A stretch of DNA of 64,000 nucleotides, taken from Eledone cirrhosa (taxonomy: Eukaryota). How positions within the stretch are numbered: position 1 is the stretch's first letter; each line of letters begins with the position of its first letter. The stretch is from positions 192,572,001 through 192,636,000 of the forward strand of contig OZ024743.1 in the NCBI GenBank assembly GCA_964016885.1, given 5' to 3'. Under the pieces are notes generated by a model. The model ran no database searches. It was not told where the DNA came from and saw nothing but the letters and a program-made list of their open reading frames with translations. The position numbers and the translations under genes are program-made. Positions 12,271-25,689 of this stretch are shown here, in pieces.

Positions 12271-13717
12271 ACTAAATGATTGCTACTTTAGGCACAAGGA
12301 GAGAAATTTTAGGAGAGGGGAAAGTCAATATTGACTTCAGTTCCTTACTGGCACTGTATTTTATCAATCCTAGAAATATGAAAAGCAATGTTGATCTTAG
12401 CAGAATTTAAACTTAGAATGTAAAGAGCTGGAACGAATACTGCTAAGCATTTATTCAGCAATTTAACATCTGCCAATCAACTGCCCTCTTTGTAATTTCA
12501 TAAATGATATGGTGCAGGCTTGGATAGTGGAGGCGCATGGCCTAGTGGTAAGCATGTTGGACTTAGTCATCATCTGTGGGTTTGGTTCCTGGACTGGGTT
12601 GTGTGTTGTGTTCTTGAGTAAAACATTTCATTTCACATTGTACCAGTATAATCAGCTGAAAACGAGTACCAGCAATAGCTGGAGGTTTAACCCTGTGATG
12701 GACTGGCATCACAAAAACTGGCCGAATGAGCCTCCAGGCTCGAGAGACATTTTGTTGTATGATTTTTTTTATATGTGGTTAAGAAGTTTGCTTCACAACC
12801 ATGTTTCCAAGTTCAATCCCATGCTCTGGTACGTAAGGGCAAGTTTCTTGATCAATGCCTTGTAAGTGAATTTAGTAGATAGGAACTAATCAATCCCATC
12901 ATATAGATGTGTGTGCATAAATGCACGATTGTGTGCACGCGTGTGTATGCACACGCGTGTGTGTGCATGTTTATGTATGTGTGTATGCATGTATGTGTAT
13001 GGTATGCATGCATGTGTGTGTGTGTGTCATGTTGCTGCCTGTTTATCTATATCAACATTCTTTAAAGGGCTAACATTTTTTATGTCCCTCATGAATATTA
13101 TATCCCACTATGATATATACCCTACTAAAAAAAAAATAAAAAAAATTATAAAATATTGGTTGGTATCAGGAAGGTTATTCAGCTGTAGAAAAATTGTTTA
13201 ATAAGAAAAAAAAGAAAAAAAAAACTTGTCCACCATCATAATAGATTCCAGTTACGACCATTTATAGTTCAACTGCAAGCATTTGTAGGTCAAAACATTG
13301 AAGACAGCACATCCTAAATCTTCAAATAACCAGCAAAAGTTTACCAGCCTACACATTAGGACTCATTAATTCAAATTCAATATTTCATTGTTCGTTTGGT
13401 CACTATTCTTAATACTTCAAGCCTCACTCCACCATGAAGAGCTACCAGCTCTCTGTGATATTAATTAGTTAAAGCTTGTTGTAAACCTAGAGGTTCATCC
13501 GGCCAGATCTTATTCCAGTTTTCTTGGTATTAAGTTGATGGAGTACAACACTCTCTTCTGAACAGGATGCCTGTTTGTTAGAGTTAACCCCAGCTGCACT
13601 TGGTATTCATTTCTTCAGCTGAGAAGGCAGGAGCAACATGTATTGTTCAAGGACACACATCAATGCGCAGTCATGGAATTGAATACACAACCATATGACT
13701 GCAAGTGTAACACACAG

Positions 13718-14200
13718 AGCTACTCCCACTGTTGACTACAAAAGGTTTCTCCTTTTGTACAAAAGGATGATGCCTGTGTGCAAAGCGCGATGCTGCATGG
13801 TAGTGAAACGTGGGCTGTGACTCGAGGATGTGTGTAGACTGGAGAGAAATGAAGCAGTCATGCTCCATTAGGTGTGCAATGTAAGAGTGAGAGAGAGGCA
13901 GAGCTTGGACAAGTTGGAGAAGCTAGGATTAAGAGGAATTCAAGGTAGTGTGCAGGAGAGAAGACTGTTGGTTTGGATGTGATGAGCATGGACAATAATC
14001 ATTGGGTGAAGAAGTACCAGGAAATGCCAGTGGAAAGAAGTTGTGGTAGAGGTAGACCAAGAAAGACCTGGGCAGAGGTTGTGAGAGCTGACCTTAAATC
14101 ACGAACTCACAGGATCGTACATGTAGAGAAATGCCATGCTGAGAAGGGCCCATTCAACCAATACAAGCATGGAAAAGTGGATGTTAAAACGATGATGATA
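13718..14200 (+). mobile_element. RTE-clade LINE 3' fragment
   Basis: Decayed ORF2 C-terminus (MLHGSETW..., EMPVERSCGRGRPRKTWAEVVRADLK) followed by the family tail ...agcatggaaaagtggatgttaaaacgatgatgat. Confidence 0.85.
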
Positions 14201-14687
14201 TCATGTAATCCAACAATTAAGAATTCATTATAGTCATTCTGTGAGTACTGGCTGGTGATTACCAAATTTATGGACAGATGTTCTAAGACATAGAAGAGTT
14301 AAAGTTTCATATAAAACTATTATATATACAAGTTTTCCTCCATTAGAGTAAAACAACAAAACAGGTTAGTGACAACGTAAACAAAGCTTATATGTATGTG
14401 GGTGTTTATATGTGTGTGTGCATATATATATAAATATATATACATGTATATGTGTGTATATATATGTACACATACACACAATTTGGCTTCATTCCAATAA
14501 AACAACTGTATCACATATTCAGTAACCTATGATGAAGCACTAACTATGAGATATTCAAAGTAGAGATTTAATAAACAATACTCTTAACACCCACAAGCCT
14601 ACACATTTGTTAATTCTTATAGATGTGTATGTATGCAGGCAAGTCTTTCCTTTCAATCAAAATATCACCAGTATACACAACTTTTAA

Positions 14688-16310
14688 ATCATCATTGTTT
14701 TTACATCTGTTTTTCCATGCTTGCATGGGTTGGACAGATCCTTCTCAGCACAGCAACTCTCCATGTTCCTTCATCATCATCTGAGTTTTTGTGATTTGAG
14801 GTCAGCCTTCACCACCTCTGCCAAGGTTTTTTTGGGTCTACATCTACTGTAGCTTCTTTGCACTGGCATTTTCTGGCACTTTTTCACCCACCGGCCATTG
14901 CCATGTCCATCACATGTCTATACCAATGCAGTCTTCTCTTCCTTAAATCCAGCTTCTCCTGCAGCTCATCCAAGCTCTGCCTTTGTATCATATTTACATT
15001 GCACATCCAATGAAGCGCGGTTGCTTCATTCTCTTCAGTCTAAACATGTCTTCCACACTCAGAGCCCATGTTTCACTACCATGAAGCATCGCACTTCACA
15101 CATAGGCATCATACAGTTGTTCCTTAGTATGCTGGGGTTCTGAAAAGTTCTTGGCCTTGGGTTAAAAAAATACAAGAGGATCAGTTAATGATTTATTTCA
15201 ACATATTTCCCTCTCAGATTCACACACTTATTACAATGGTCCTTCAGTTATTTATAAGCCCTGTAAAAAGAACATGTTGGGTTGGGCCTCCAACCAGGCC
15301 TCTGTAGCAACGATCAAGCCAGGAACGTTTCAGCACCCCTCGTATATAGGGAGAAAACATTTGTAGTCAACAATGGGAGTAACTCCCTAAACTTTTCCCA
15401 TCCTATCCTTATTCTAGCTATCATACTCTTAGAGCAACCTTCTCTGCTGCTTATTAAGTCACCTAGATAGCAGACGCTAACAACCACTTCTATGGACCCT
15501 TCCTGACCCTTTTCTCCTTGATTACCTCTGTGCATCTACATACAAAATTTTCCTTTCATGTTAGTCTACCCATTATCCCATTACATCTCTTTTGTATCCA
15601 AAATTTACATATGTACATCATATAGAGTTCATGCCTACTCTTTTTCAACATATTGAGCAGGGCCACTTCCCTGAAGGAAGCAGAGTCCTATCTTCTTTCC
15701 TACTCACCAATACTTTAGTTTTGACTAAGTTTACTCTCAGACCTTTTGATTCCAAATTCTGTTTCCATAGTTGGAAATTATTTTCTAGTTCTTTTATGGA
15801 TTTGGCTATACTGACCAAATCATCAGCATAGAGAAGTTACCATGGGCAGCCAGTTTTAAACTCCTCTTATGGCCTAGAGAACTATGATGAACAGCAGTGG
15901 GCTAAAAATTTAACCTTGAACTTCCCGTACCTTGAATTCCTCATTAAACTCATTTCCTACTCTCACTCCTCTGTACATAGCTTGCATTGCTCTCAAGTCA
16001 TTCTTCTACACCTAATTTCCTTAGGGACCACTAGATAATAGATCAAGGTACTGTCCTTTTCTAGATTAACAAAAGCTAAATATAATATAGTGGCTTATTC
16101 TTGGCTAGGAACTTCTCTTGCAGTTGCCTCACTAGAAAGAGGGCATCTATAGTACTTTTCCCAGGCATGAAACCAAACAGCATCTCATCTATTTTGACTG
16201 TCCCTAATTAGTTGCACTAACTTTCTGTCACTTTTATAATTTGAGCCATTAATTTTATTCCTCTGAAGTTGCTTCTTTCTAGAGCATCACCTTTGTCCCT
16301 TGTAGCAATC
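14688..16310 (-). mobile_element. RTE-clade LINE (RT domain to 3' tail), decayed and interrupted by a MITE
   Basis: Minus strand gives LLYADD near 15820-15837, CYLGDLIS...SMIARIRIGWEKFRELLPLL and a GFMPGKST-like motif near 16160. It has the same 3' tail as the 13718 copy. Confidence 0.88.
15128..15344. mobile_element. Mariner-type MITE nested in the RTE LINE
   Basis: Imperfect TIRs TA|tgctggggttctgaaaagttcttggc ... gccaggaacgtttcagcacccctcg|TA with a TA target duplication. Confidence 0.8.
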
Positions 16311-16996
16311 TATGATTGCACTGTTGCACTGGGTGTGACTATCCTGTATTATCTGGCAATATATAATATATACACGTATATATATATACACATACATAGA
16401 CACAAATATATATATATATATATATCTGTACATAATACTATAAGTTTCTCTAATGATACATGACTATATAGATATATTTTTTTAATTTGAATTATTGATG
16501 TTCTGGACAAACATCCATTGAACTTTCCTGCTGAGAAATATATTCATCATACATATATGTTACGATACTTTAAATTTGTATATATATATATTCCTGTGTG
16601 TTGTCTTTTGCACAAGATTCAAACATTGTCTTTGCCTTGTTCACAGCTCTCTCCGAATTGAATAATTAATTTCATGCCACTCAGAAACAATGAACTCATT
16701 TTGTGTATCATTGAGCATTGATCCAAATAATCAACTTGTGTTGCCTTCCTGCAAATACAAAATCAATAGATGTGTGTGTGCGCACACACGCACACTTTAT
16801 TGGCTGTTAGGTTTACCAATATGAAAAAATTAGTCCAAGTACCATTTGAAGGTGATGGGATCTTTTTCTTCCTTGGTTTGAACAATTATGTTCACAGACA
16901 CGATAAGTACATTTGCACATGAAGGAAAGGGATATAAATTTGAGAGAGAGAAAGGGGCTAAATAGAGATTCCATCAGTAAATGCTGTTTACAATAC

Positions 16997-17217
16997 CTGT
17001 TGTTGGAGTTTCTTCATCAGCAGGCTTCTCTGTGTCAGTCATCCATTGCAGCACTTTAAAGGAAAGAGACTGTTTCGATGGATTGCTGCCAGTTAGTTTC
17101 ATTTCAGCAGCTTCTTCAGCACGTCGTGCCTCCTCAACACGCTTTGCCGATTCATTTTCATTGATAAGCTTATAAACTTCAGAATCACGGTAATTTATCT
17201 TTGGTTTGTCAGGTAAC
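16997..17217 (-). CDS. Coding exon (221 nt, phase 2-1) of the same PDZ-LIM gene; ALP motif region
   Basis: Acceptor tctcttgtcttcAG|G and donor ACAG|GTATTG. It is in frame with the 24819 exon (GG+G = Gly) and encodes LPDKPKINYRDSEVYKLINENESAKRVEEARRAEEAAEMKLTGSNPSKQSLSFKVLQWMTDTEKPADEETPTT. SEVYKL...QSxSFKVLQ is the conserved ALP-subfamily motif (PDLIM1-4/Zasp). Confidence 0.92.
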
Positions 17218-18992
17218 CTGAAGACAAGAGAGAAAAGAAAATAAGATACAGGTATCAAATCATAAGGTATCAATGGTTGCTGATGTGTTGCAGACCATCA
17301 GTGCACTCTTGTGGAAAAAAAATGTGAAAAATGAAGGACTTTAGTTTGTGGTTAATGATAACAAAAATGTAAATAAAATATAATATAAATATGCTGGAAA
17401 AAAAAAAAAAAACCCAAACACCCCCAATAAACTTATATCATGAACATTGAACAAATAAACTGAACATTAAAAAACAAAATGGATGAAATGGACTTGGAAT
17501 GTCATACCAAATTGAAGCATTGGACAATATATACAGTATTTTGTGATATTGTATAAGATTTATTTAGTGTAAGGCTCAATGGATGTAAATTTAAAGTACT
17601 GAATTTCTGACTTCATGATAAAGTTCAAATCTTATTTAATTGTGTTGTACCAGTAGATAATGTATGAAGCTTGTGCAAGGTACATGTCTTTGTCAGTCAG
17701 TTAAACAGAAGAAAGTTTGATGAAATACAGACCTCACTTCTACCAGTTGAATGGTTAGCATTAGGAACTGGTAAAAACAACTGCCCTAACAACAAACCAT
17801 CAAATACACGGAGAAAGAAGAAAAAAAATTTACAATAGAAAGACAAACTGGAAAAAGATCCCACTAGCACTATCATGGTAAAAGTTCTTATTCCCAGTTT
17901 ATGTAGAGTGGAAAATAACAAAAAGCACCCAGTTCACACTGTAAAGTGGTTGTGTAGGTGTCATGACAAAAATGCCCTGCCCACACTGTAAAGTGGTTGT
18001 TTTGGTGCCACAACCAAAAGCATCCAGTCCACACTGTAAATGTGGTTGGCCTTAGGAAGGGCATCCAACCATAGAAACCAAGCCAGAAAGAGTTCTGTAT
18101 GAGCAAGACAGTCATCTGATCTGGCTTGTCTCGTGATGGGACAACTCATCTAACCCATGTTCGCATGGAAAAATGGACGTTAAACAGTGATGATGACATA
18201 TGTTAATTAAAGTGTCTGAAGCCTTGAAGCCCAACAGAGTGGAGATTGTTGCAGTTTTATTGACATTAAGTGATTGAATGTACAAGATGGATGCTAGTCC
18301 ATCACAAGGTTAAACTTCAGCTGTTGCTGGTACTCATTTTTAGCTGAATTGTCTAGAACAATGTAAAAAGTGTTTTTCTTCAAAGCACAATACACCATCT
18401 TGTCTGGTTATATTATTACCATGAGTCCAACTCCCTAATCACTAGGCCACACACCTTCACAACATGTCCTAAAGTAATGAGGTCATTGATAGTTTTTGCA
18501 GTTGAGTAATCCACTGAATCAACTAGCTTCAGAACAGATTATGATTCTCAGTTTAAAATCAGAATTTCAAAGTTTCGAATTTCAAGACAACATTAAACAA
18601 GATCATTACAGAATGTTAATCAAGAAATTCATTCATCAGTTGGTTAAATTCATATCACAAAGTCTGTTCAAACAGAGTTGACTGAATCACATTAGCCCTT
18701 TTCTTACAATATTTCTAGTGAAAAACATCTATAATTCTCAAATAATCAAGAATTTGGTGGGATTTAGCCATATAGCTAAATTTCTCATTATTACGCTGGT
18801 GTTTAGAGCCTAAATAAACAAAGGTTGTTATAAAATCAGGATACAAAGTTTGTAGATAAATATAAACATTAGAACAGTTTTTGTATTATAGAAACAGGGG
18901 TGGTTTCTAGTGATTTGGTATAAAAGTGGTCTTGATATGTATTCTGAAATAACTAACTCCAGTTGTCAGTTTTAAATTTTAAACATCAAGTG

Positions 18993-19027
<35 letters not shown>

Positions 19028-21439
19028 ATAGCGATCACAGCTATCTGGTACAGAGTTTATATCCTTAATATTTCACTACAGATCTTCCAGACAAAAATAG
19101 ACAAAATAAAAATATGAAAAAAAAAAAAAAAAAAAAAAAATGACACAGCAAATCAAAAATACTATGAAATATATGGTTAACATTATTTGGAGAATACCAG
19201 TACAATGCAAGTTAGAAATATAGGATTGAAAACTAGAGTAATAAACAAAAAAAAAAAAATTTACATTTTTACCATATATCCCATGACATTTCAGAATGAC
19301 GCTTTTTCAAAATAAAGGACATGGATTGTCATGGTGTTTTATTTTTCTTACTCTTGTATTTTTCACTTAGCATTTCCCAAACAATCATAACCAAAAAACA
19401 CTGTTTCAACTGTTATACTACATCTATGACAAACAAGCATTTTACCACAATTTTCTCTTGTGACTAGATATACACAAAATATACTACATCTATGACACAG
19501 CATTGCAAAATGACACCTAAAAGTCAGTTTGAAAATTATCTTATGTAACAAAATGTACCCAGTACACTTTGTAAATTGGCTGGTGTAAGGAAGGGCATCC
19601 AGTTGTAACAATGCCAAAGAGGTTGAAAGGGCTCTTCAGTTATGTCACAGATATGAGAACCTATGTAGTGCTGATGCCATGATAAAATGTATGCAGTTTC
19701 CTCTGTAAAGTGGTTGACATTAAGAAGGGCATCCAGTTATAGAAACCATGAAAAATAGGAACATATGTGAGCCATGGTCTCCAGACCTGTCTAAGAAGAC
19801 AATAGTTCCAATTAAGTACTAACTTGGTCTATAATGACTCATTCAACTCATCCCATCATAGAAAAGCAGATCTAAAAGGATGAGATGGATTTGCAGCTTC
19901 CATCCAAGGTCAAGCAATATTAAGCTATCATCATCATCATCATGTTACGTCTGCTTTTCCCTGCTTGCAAGGGTGGGACAGGTCCTTTTCAACACAGCAT
20001 CTCTCCATTCGTCATGGTCCTTCATCATCTCTGAGCTTCAGCGATCTGAGGTCAGCTCTCACCACCTCCACCCATGTTTTTCATGGTCTTCCTCTACTGT
20101 GTCTTCTTTCCACCACTTCACCCATATAATTTATATATCATAAATTGTTGTTACTTTACTGTTTATACACAGCCAGTATATTTAGGTCTGGTATAAATAA
20201 ACTTACAGACTAATTGTTTGTAGGGAAATAAAACAAAAATAAAAAATAAAGCATCTATTATCTCTAGAGAAAGCTTCACTGCAAATATTAAGACTAAACC
20301 TATCAAATGGAACTACTACATGCATCACTATCATTCTATATGTGTACTTCTGTATTTATTTATAAAAACTAAATCTATATGTGAGGTAAATGGAGATTAT
20401 ATTTGTGAACCATGGCTCTTTGAATGGTCCACCATATTTAACCTATTGCCTGGTTTAACACCACTACTTAGCCCTTGGATGCCTCTAGCAGAATTCATAC
20501 TGTTTGCAAGTATTTGGACTAGGTCTCCAGTTTGAGGATACCTTTTTTTCTCTCTTCCTCCCAACAGTATTGGAGGTCCTCAAAAGGGTTTCATATGTAC
20601 TGCCCTTCCCTGCTTGAATAAATAAAAAACAACAAAAAAATATGTCAATTTGTTGCAAAGAAATAATGGTTCACAGTTCTTACACTGCTAGTGGTATCAT
20701 TTTCTTTTCAAGGGTTCTTAACTGCTGACGGAGTTGTAGGAGTGACACTGACAATGTATTTAAATTTGACATGTAAAGTTGGCAGAACTCATCCCTCTCC
20801 AGATCTGTACACAGCTGATTTCTTGAAATAGAGAAAGAATCAACCCTAGTACTAAACTAAGTACTTTATTTACTGACCCTGATAGGTTGAATGGCACAGT
20901 TGACTGTAGCAGGATTTGAACTCGGAGAACAGAAAGCCAAAACAAATACTGCAAACATTCTAATATTTGCCTTTCTAAGCTGACATACCATTAATCAAAG
21001 GACTGATAAAACAAATGTAGGCTTTGGGAATGTAATTCCTATTTATCTCACATATAGTCTATCATTGTACACACTTTTAATGCAAAGTTGTATTGAGTAC
21101 TATGTTTTTGCATTACAAAATAAACAAAAAGCCACATATATAAACTTAAATATAAAAATGTGACAGAAAAAGAAAAAAAAAGAATCACCTATGGGAATCA
21201 AACCGTGTATATGTTGTATACCAGACAACTACTTGGATCACTACTCTAAGGCAACCCGATAGCATTTCATTGTCAAATTTAGCATATTTAACTGTCATAC
21301 TAGACAAACTGCAATTGTTTACCTACCAGCAAAGGTCATTTGATATCACTGACTGTAAACAGTTGAAGTTTGTCCTGTTAGATATTTGCTTGCATGCCTG
21401 CCTGCCTTAGTGTGTTGCTAGCAGGGCGTTGAGCTGCTG

Positions 21440-21687
21440 CTTACTCCGATTTCATGGCGTGAAGCGACTGAGAGTACAAGACTCTCTCCCTGAACAGGAC
21501 GCCAGTCCATCGCAGGGTTAAACCCCCAGCTACTGCTGGTACTAATTTTTTTCAGCTGAATATACTGGAGCAACGTGAAATGAAGTGTTTTTGCTCAAGA
21601 ACAACATGCAACCCAGTCCAGGAATCGAACCCAGAACATTACGATCATAAGTTCAACACCCTTAACACTAAGCCACATGCCTTCACT
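21440..21687 (-). mobile_element. tRNA-derived CORE-type SINE family B
   Basis: Minus strand has A-box TGGCTTAGTG, B-box GGTTCGATTCC and a CORE-like GTTCTTGAGCAAAAACACTTCATTTCAC. Related copies lie at 3710-3985, 13490-13715, 18215-18460, 26740-26982, 60100-60225 and 63870-63983 (-), and at 12526-12750, 27418-27670, 31374-31690, 45710-46030, 50037-50310 and 60706-61190 (+). Confidence 0.8.
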
Positions 21688-22299
21688 GTTAGACATTTAA
21701 TTACACTAAATTTGACATTGAGAAGCTGTTAGGCTACCTTAGTGTAGTTGTCCATGTGATTGTCCTGTATACAACAGATAGCTGATTTAATTCCAGTAAG
21801 CTGTCAGGCCACCTTAATGAAGTGGTTTGTGTGATTGTCCTGTATACATCAGATAGCCGATTTGATTCCAGTACACAGTTCTGTCATATTCCGTGTGTAT
21901 AAATGTATTATTTAAGTTGATCATAAAAACAATCTTAACCATTTATTATATCATATATATGCATGCTTGATGAGAGCATCTACATCTGATGTTAGAGCAT
22001 GGAGATGGTAAAATGGTTAAGAACTGACCTGCAGGGATCATATTTTGGCCCACCAGATATCTTCAGGCTGTCAGAACTGTTTATAAAATTGATGGAGGGA
22101 AGAGAAATATGTATGAACAACAAATGATGATGAAGATGACTGACGAAGGCAGTTGGAACATTCAGGAAGTCTTAAAAGTTCAAAACAAAATAAAATCAAA
22201 ACAAAATTGGTAATAATAATAATAATAATAAAGTTAGATATGTAAGTAATAAGATATTTAACCTTCAGCATGTTATGGATGACATATGTGGCTATAATG

Positions 22300-23100
22300 T
22301 TTAGTATATTGGTAATTTGTATGAGGGTTTGTGGAAGGTGTTGAAGGATTACAATTTCGACAACCTCATTCAAGTAATTAAAACACTATATGACGATTCA
22401 AACAGTGCAGTTCTCTTAAATAACAGGATTCTTCAGGACAACAGTGGGAGTTCAACAAGGATGTCTCCTTTCTCCAGTGCTTTTCAACATCTTCCTGAAA
22501 AACATCATGCAAGAGATACTCCAAGACTTCCACACCTGTTTCCATTGAAGGATAGCCACTTCCAACCTGCACTTAGCTGATGACATTGAACTGTTAGGTA
22601 ACAGTGAACCAGAACTCCAGGAGCTCACTACCAAACTGGAAAAGTTATCGGGAGCATATGGAATAGATATCATAGATAACTTGAAAAAGAGCAAGATTCT
22701 GATTAATAGTAATAATCAGAATACATCAACCAACATGTTGAACCGAGGGAGACTTGAAGTGAACACCTTCGAGTACCTAGGATCCACTCTGACCAAAGGC
22801 AGCATATCTCAGAAGGAGATACTAACAAGACTCAACCTGTTACATCTGCCATGGTAAAGCTGAATGTCACATGGAAAAGCAACACCCGTTTCCCAATGAG
22901 CTTCAAAGTGTATAAGTCCTTGGTGATTTCAATCCTTTTCTATGGATGTGAGAGTTGGTCTCACAGCCGACATGGAACAAAGAATCCAAGCATTCGAGAA
23001 CAAGTCCCTCTGAAGGCTGCTACATATCTCGTATGCAGAGCACAAAACATCTTTGTCAGGCAGCAAGTTAACAAATATGTTAGCAGACAGGAATCAATAT
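22300..23100 (+). mobile_element. RTE-clade LINE reverse transcriptase fragment
   Basis: Frameshifted motifs LIQVIKTLYDDSNSAVLLN, GVQQGCLLSPVLFNIFL, LADDIELLG, FEYLGSTLT and VYKSLVISILFYGCESW. Confidence 0.88.
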
Positions 23101-23913
23101 TAAAATTTTTTTAGAGAAGGGCCTCACATTTCATATAATTTAGGGCCCCAACAGGTGAAACTAGCCCTGGTGCTAGGTTAATGGGGAAATGATAATAAAA
23201 CACGTTCAACATTGCAAGTGGTGATATTTGTTTACATGCCTTATAAACATAGATCCTGCTGCTCAGCAGTTAGACATGCGAAGATCTATACCTTACTTAA
23301 AAACAAGAATGGGTTGGCATAAGGCGGGGCATTTGGATGTAAGATTTTCACCTCAAAATGTTTTGTCCAAACCATGCCAACACAGAAAAATAAGATATTA
23401 TGATGATAATCATAAGGTTTTAAGACAAAAATGTCAGTGTTGGTAAAAATAGTGGTTTTCTAGCAGATATAAGAGAGCATACAAAAGGTTAAAAATTAAA
23501 ATAGGTAGAGTTTTTAAAGAACTCGTCAATAAACTGGTTGGAAAACTCAGACTCAACACAAAAATAAATTAATTCTTTGTCAGGCCCTTAACTTCTGATG
23601 GATTCAGAGTAGTCATGGCTTTGACATGTTTTGGGCACATTTTAAAACTGGAGATGCCTGACACACTCCGGCTCCAACAACAGCAGATTTCTTTCAGAAA
23701 GAGAAAGAAAGAAATGATTTGGTGTTGGGGGGGGATTCGAACTCAAAAGTGCAGATAGCAGGAACGAATATTGCAAGGCATTCTCTCTAACATAAACAAC
23801 TTTGCCAGCATGCCACCTTAAAAATAAATTATAAACAATAAAAGAAAACTCATTGCAAAAAGAAAAAAAAATTATATATAGAAACAGACATTTAACAGAA
23901 CTGAAGATTTTGA

Positions 23914-24415
23914 TAATTGTTTCTACGTTAGGCACAAGGCCAGCAATTACCCAGTGCATTACTGGTACTTTATTTTATCGACCCCGTAAGGATGAAAGGC
24001 AAAGTTAACCTTGGCAGGATTTGATCTCAGAATGGCAAGGGCCGTAACTATACGTCAAAGCATGGCGTCCGACCCTCTACCAATACTGCTAATCCACCGC
24101 CCTATTTTGATAATAATGGGTCTGATATAGGCACAAGGCCAGCAATTTTTTTTTTGGGGGGGGGGGGAGATTAAATTGAGCTCAGTGCGTGACTGGTACT
24201 TTATTTTATCGACCCCCATAAGGAAGAGAGGCAAAGCTAACTTCGACAGGAATTGAACTCAGAATGTAATGGGCCATAATTAGGCCGTGAAGCAAGGTGT
24301 CCGACGTTCTGATATGGCCAATCCACAGCCAATGTTAATAATTGTTTCTACTTTAAGCACAAGGCCAGCAAATTACCCAGTGCATTACTGGTACTTTATT
24401 TTATCGACCCCCATG
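23914..24415 (-). mobile_element. Cluster of three tandem SINE family A copies
   Basis: Three successive aggcacaaggccagcaatt...tggtactttattttatcgacccc units at about 23914, 24125 and 24338. Confidence 0.85.
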
Positions 24416-24818
24416 TTAATAATAAATGTAAAAGGCACGTGTAAGAATACAAAGTCCTCAGAAATGTTTGTTTTCTTTAAATATGAGAGTCTAACTTTAG
24501 GAATTAAGATCTGAATTTTTAAAGAAGTTTTTATTTATATTTGTGGGGTCAGAGTGATCAAAAGGAGAGAGGTAAGGAAATAGAAAAGGGAAGATAGAGG
24601 ATGAATGTAAAGAGGGGGAGAAAAAGAGAGGAGGTAATATTGTTAACTTATATACAGAAAGATTAACCATAATGTATTAAGTTTCATTAATGAATGAAAA
24701 AAATGTAAAAAATTAATTCAAGAAAAAAGAGTGGATGGGAAAATTTGGGGAGTGGGCAAACTTTACAACCTTTGTTATAAAACAAACAAGCAGTTTTAAC
24801 AAAGTGTGACATACTTAC

Positions 24819-25169
24819 CCACCAACACCAGTGATAACGCCTCCAGATTGACTAGCTAATTCCTCAGTGGCTGTTTCAGAAGAATACAATCCAAGAGGAG
24901 AATTATACTGGCCATGGACGAAACTTCCGGAACCAGCCCCAGGTGTTATAGGGGTTACGGGACTCTGAGGTTGCTTAGCATAGCTGGGTGAGACTGGGCT
25001 TGAATTGATAATTTGAGGTGATGGGTAAGACTGGTGATGCTGCTGTGGTTGGGTGTAATACTGAGGCTGTGGTGGTGTGTAGGTTGGTGCTTGTTGGGCA
25101 GCTGCTTCCCTCTTGGCAGCCTGTACATCTAGCTTGGGTCCTTTCCGAGCAGATTGATTGTAATGCTGT
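24819..25169 (-). CDS. Coding exon (351 nt, phase 2-2) of an ALP/Enigma-family PDZ-LIM (Zasp/PDLIM-like) gene; contains the ZM (Zasp-like) motif
   Basis: Acceptor ttcttccAG|ACAG and donor GTGG|GTAAGT. The open frame reads QHYNQSARKGPKLDVQAAKREAAAQQAPTYTPPQPQYYTQ...GSFVHGQYNSPLGLYSSETATEELASQSGGVITGVG. VHGQYNSPLGLYSSE matches the known ZM consensus (QYNxPxxLYS). It is missing from the ORF track because it has no in-frame start. Confidence 0.93.
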
Positions 25170-25289
25170 CTGGAAGAAGAAATTAAATTTAAAAAATTAG
25201 ACTACACAAGAGAATTGCTGAAAATATATTATAATTTAATTAGCAATAGCATTAACACAGTGATTTTAAGTAATCTCAGATTGCAGATA

Positions 25290-25535
25290 ACTAGATCAGT
25301 TGACAGCACAGACCCTCTCTTAACACAAACATCCAGCACAGAATCAAAAAGATCAGAGATAACAAAATAAATTATTGATTACTGGCCTCAATTCAATTCC
25401 CCTTATACCATGTGTATTTATGAATGTCTGTGCTGGAAGATGTTCATAATAGCCAGCCCATTACTAGAACAGCAGTTTAATAAGCACTCTCCATTCATAT
25501 TTAGAGATCTGTTGTGAAAGGTTCTGCAGGAGATT
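25290..25535 (-). mobile_element. RTE LINE endonuclease fragment
   Basis: LNMNGECLLNCCSSNGLAIMNIFQHRH followed by an SIIxFVI...VLDVCVK...STD-like APE C-terminus. Confidence 0.7.
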
Positions 25536-25689
25536 GGGATTGGACAATTTTTTGTTGCCCTAATCTCTCTATACAAATGCCCAAGTGTTTGTGTTTGGTT
25601 AAATGGTAGTAAGTCAAAACCAATGTAGGTGTCAGACTCCACCAAGGGTGCATAATGTCACCTTTCTTGGTCATAATCATGACAGGACT

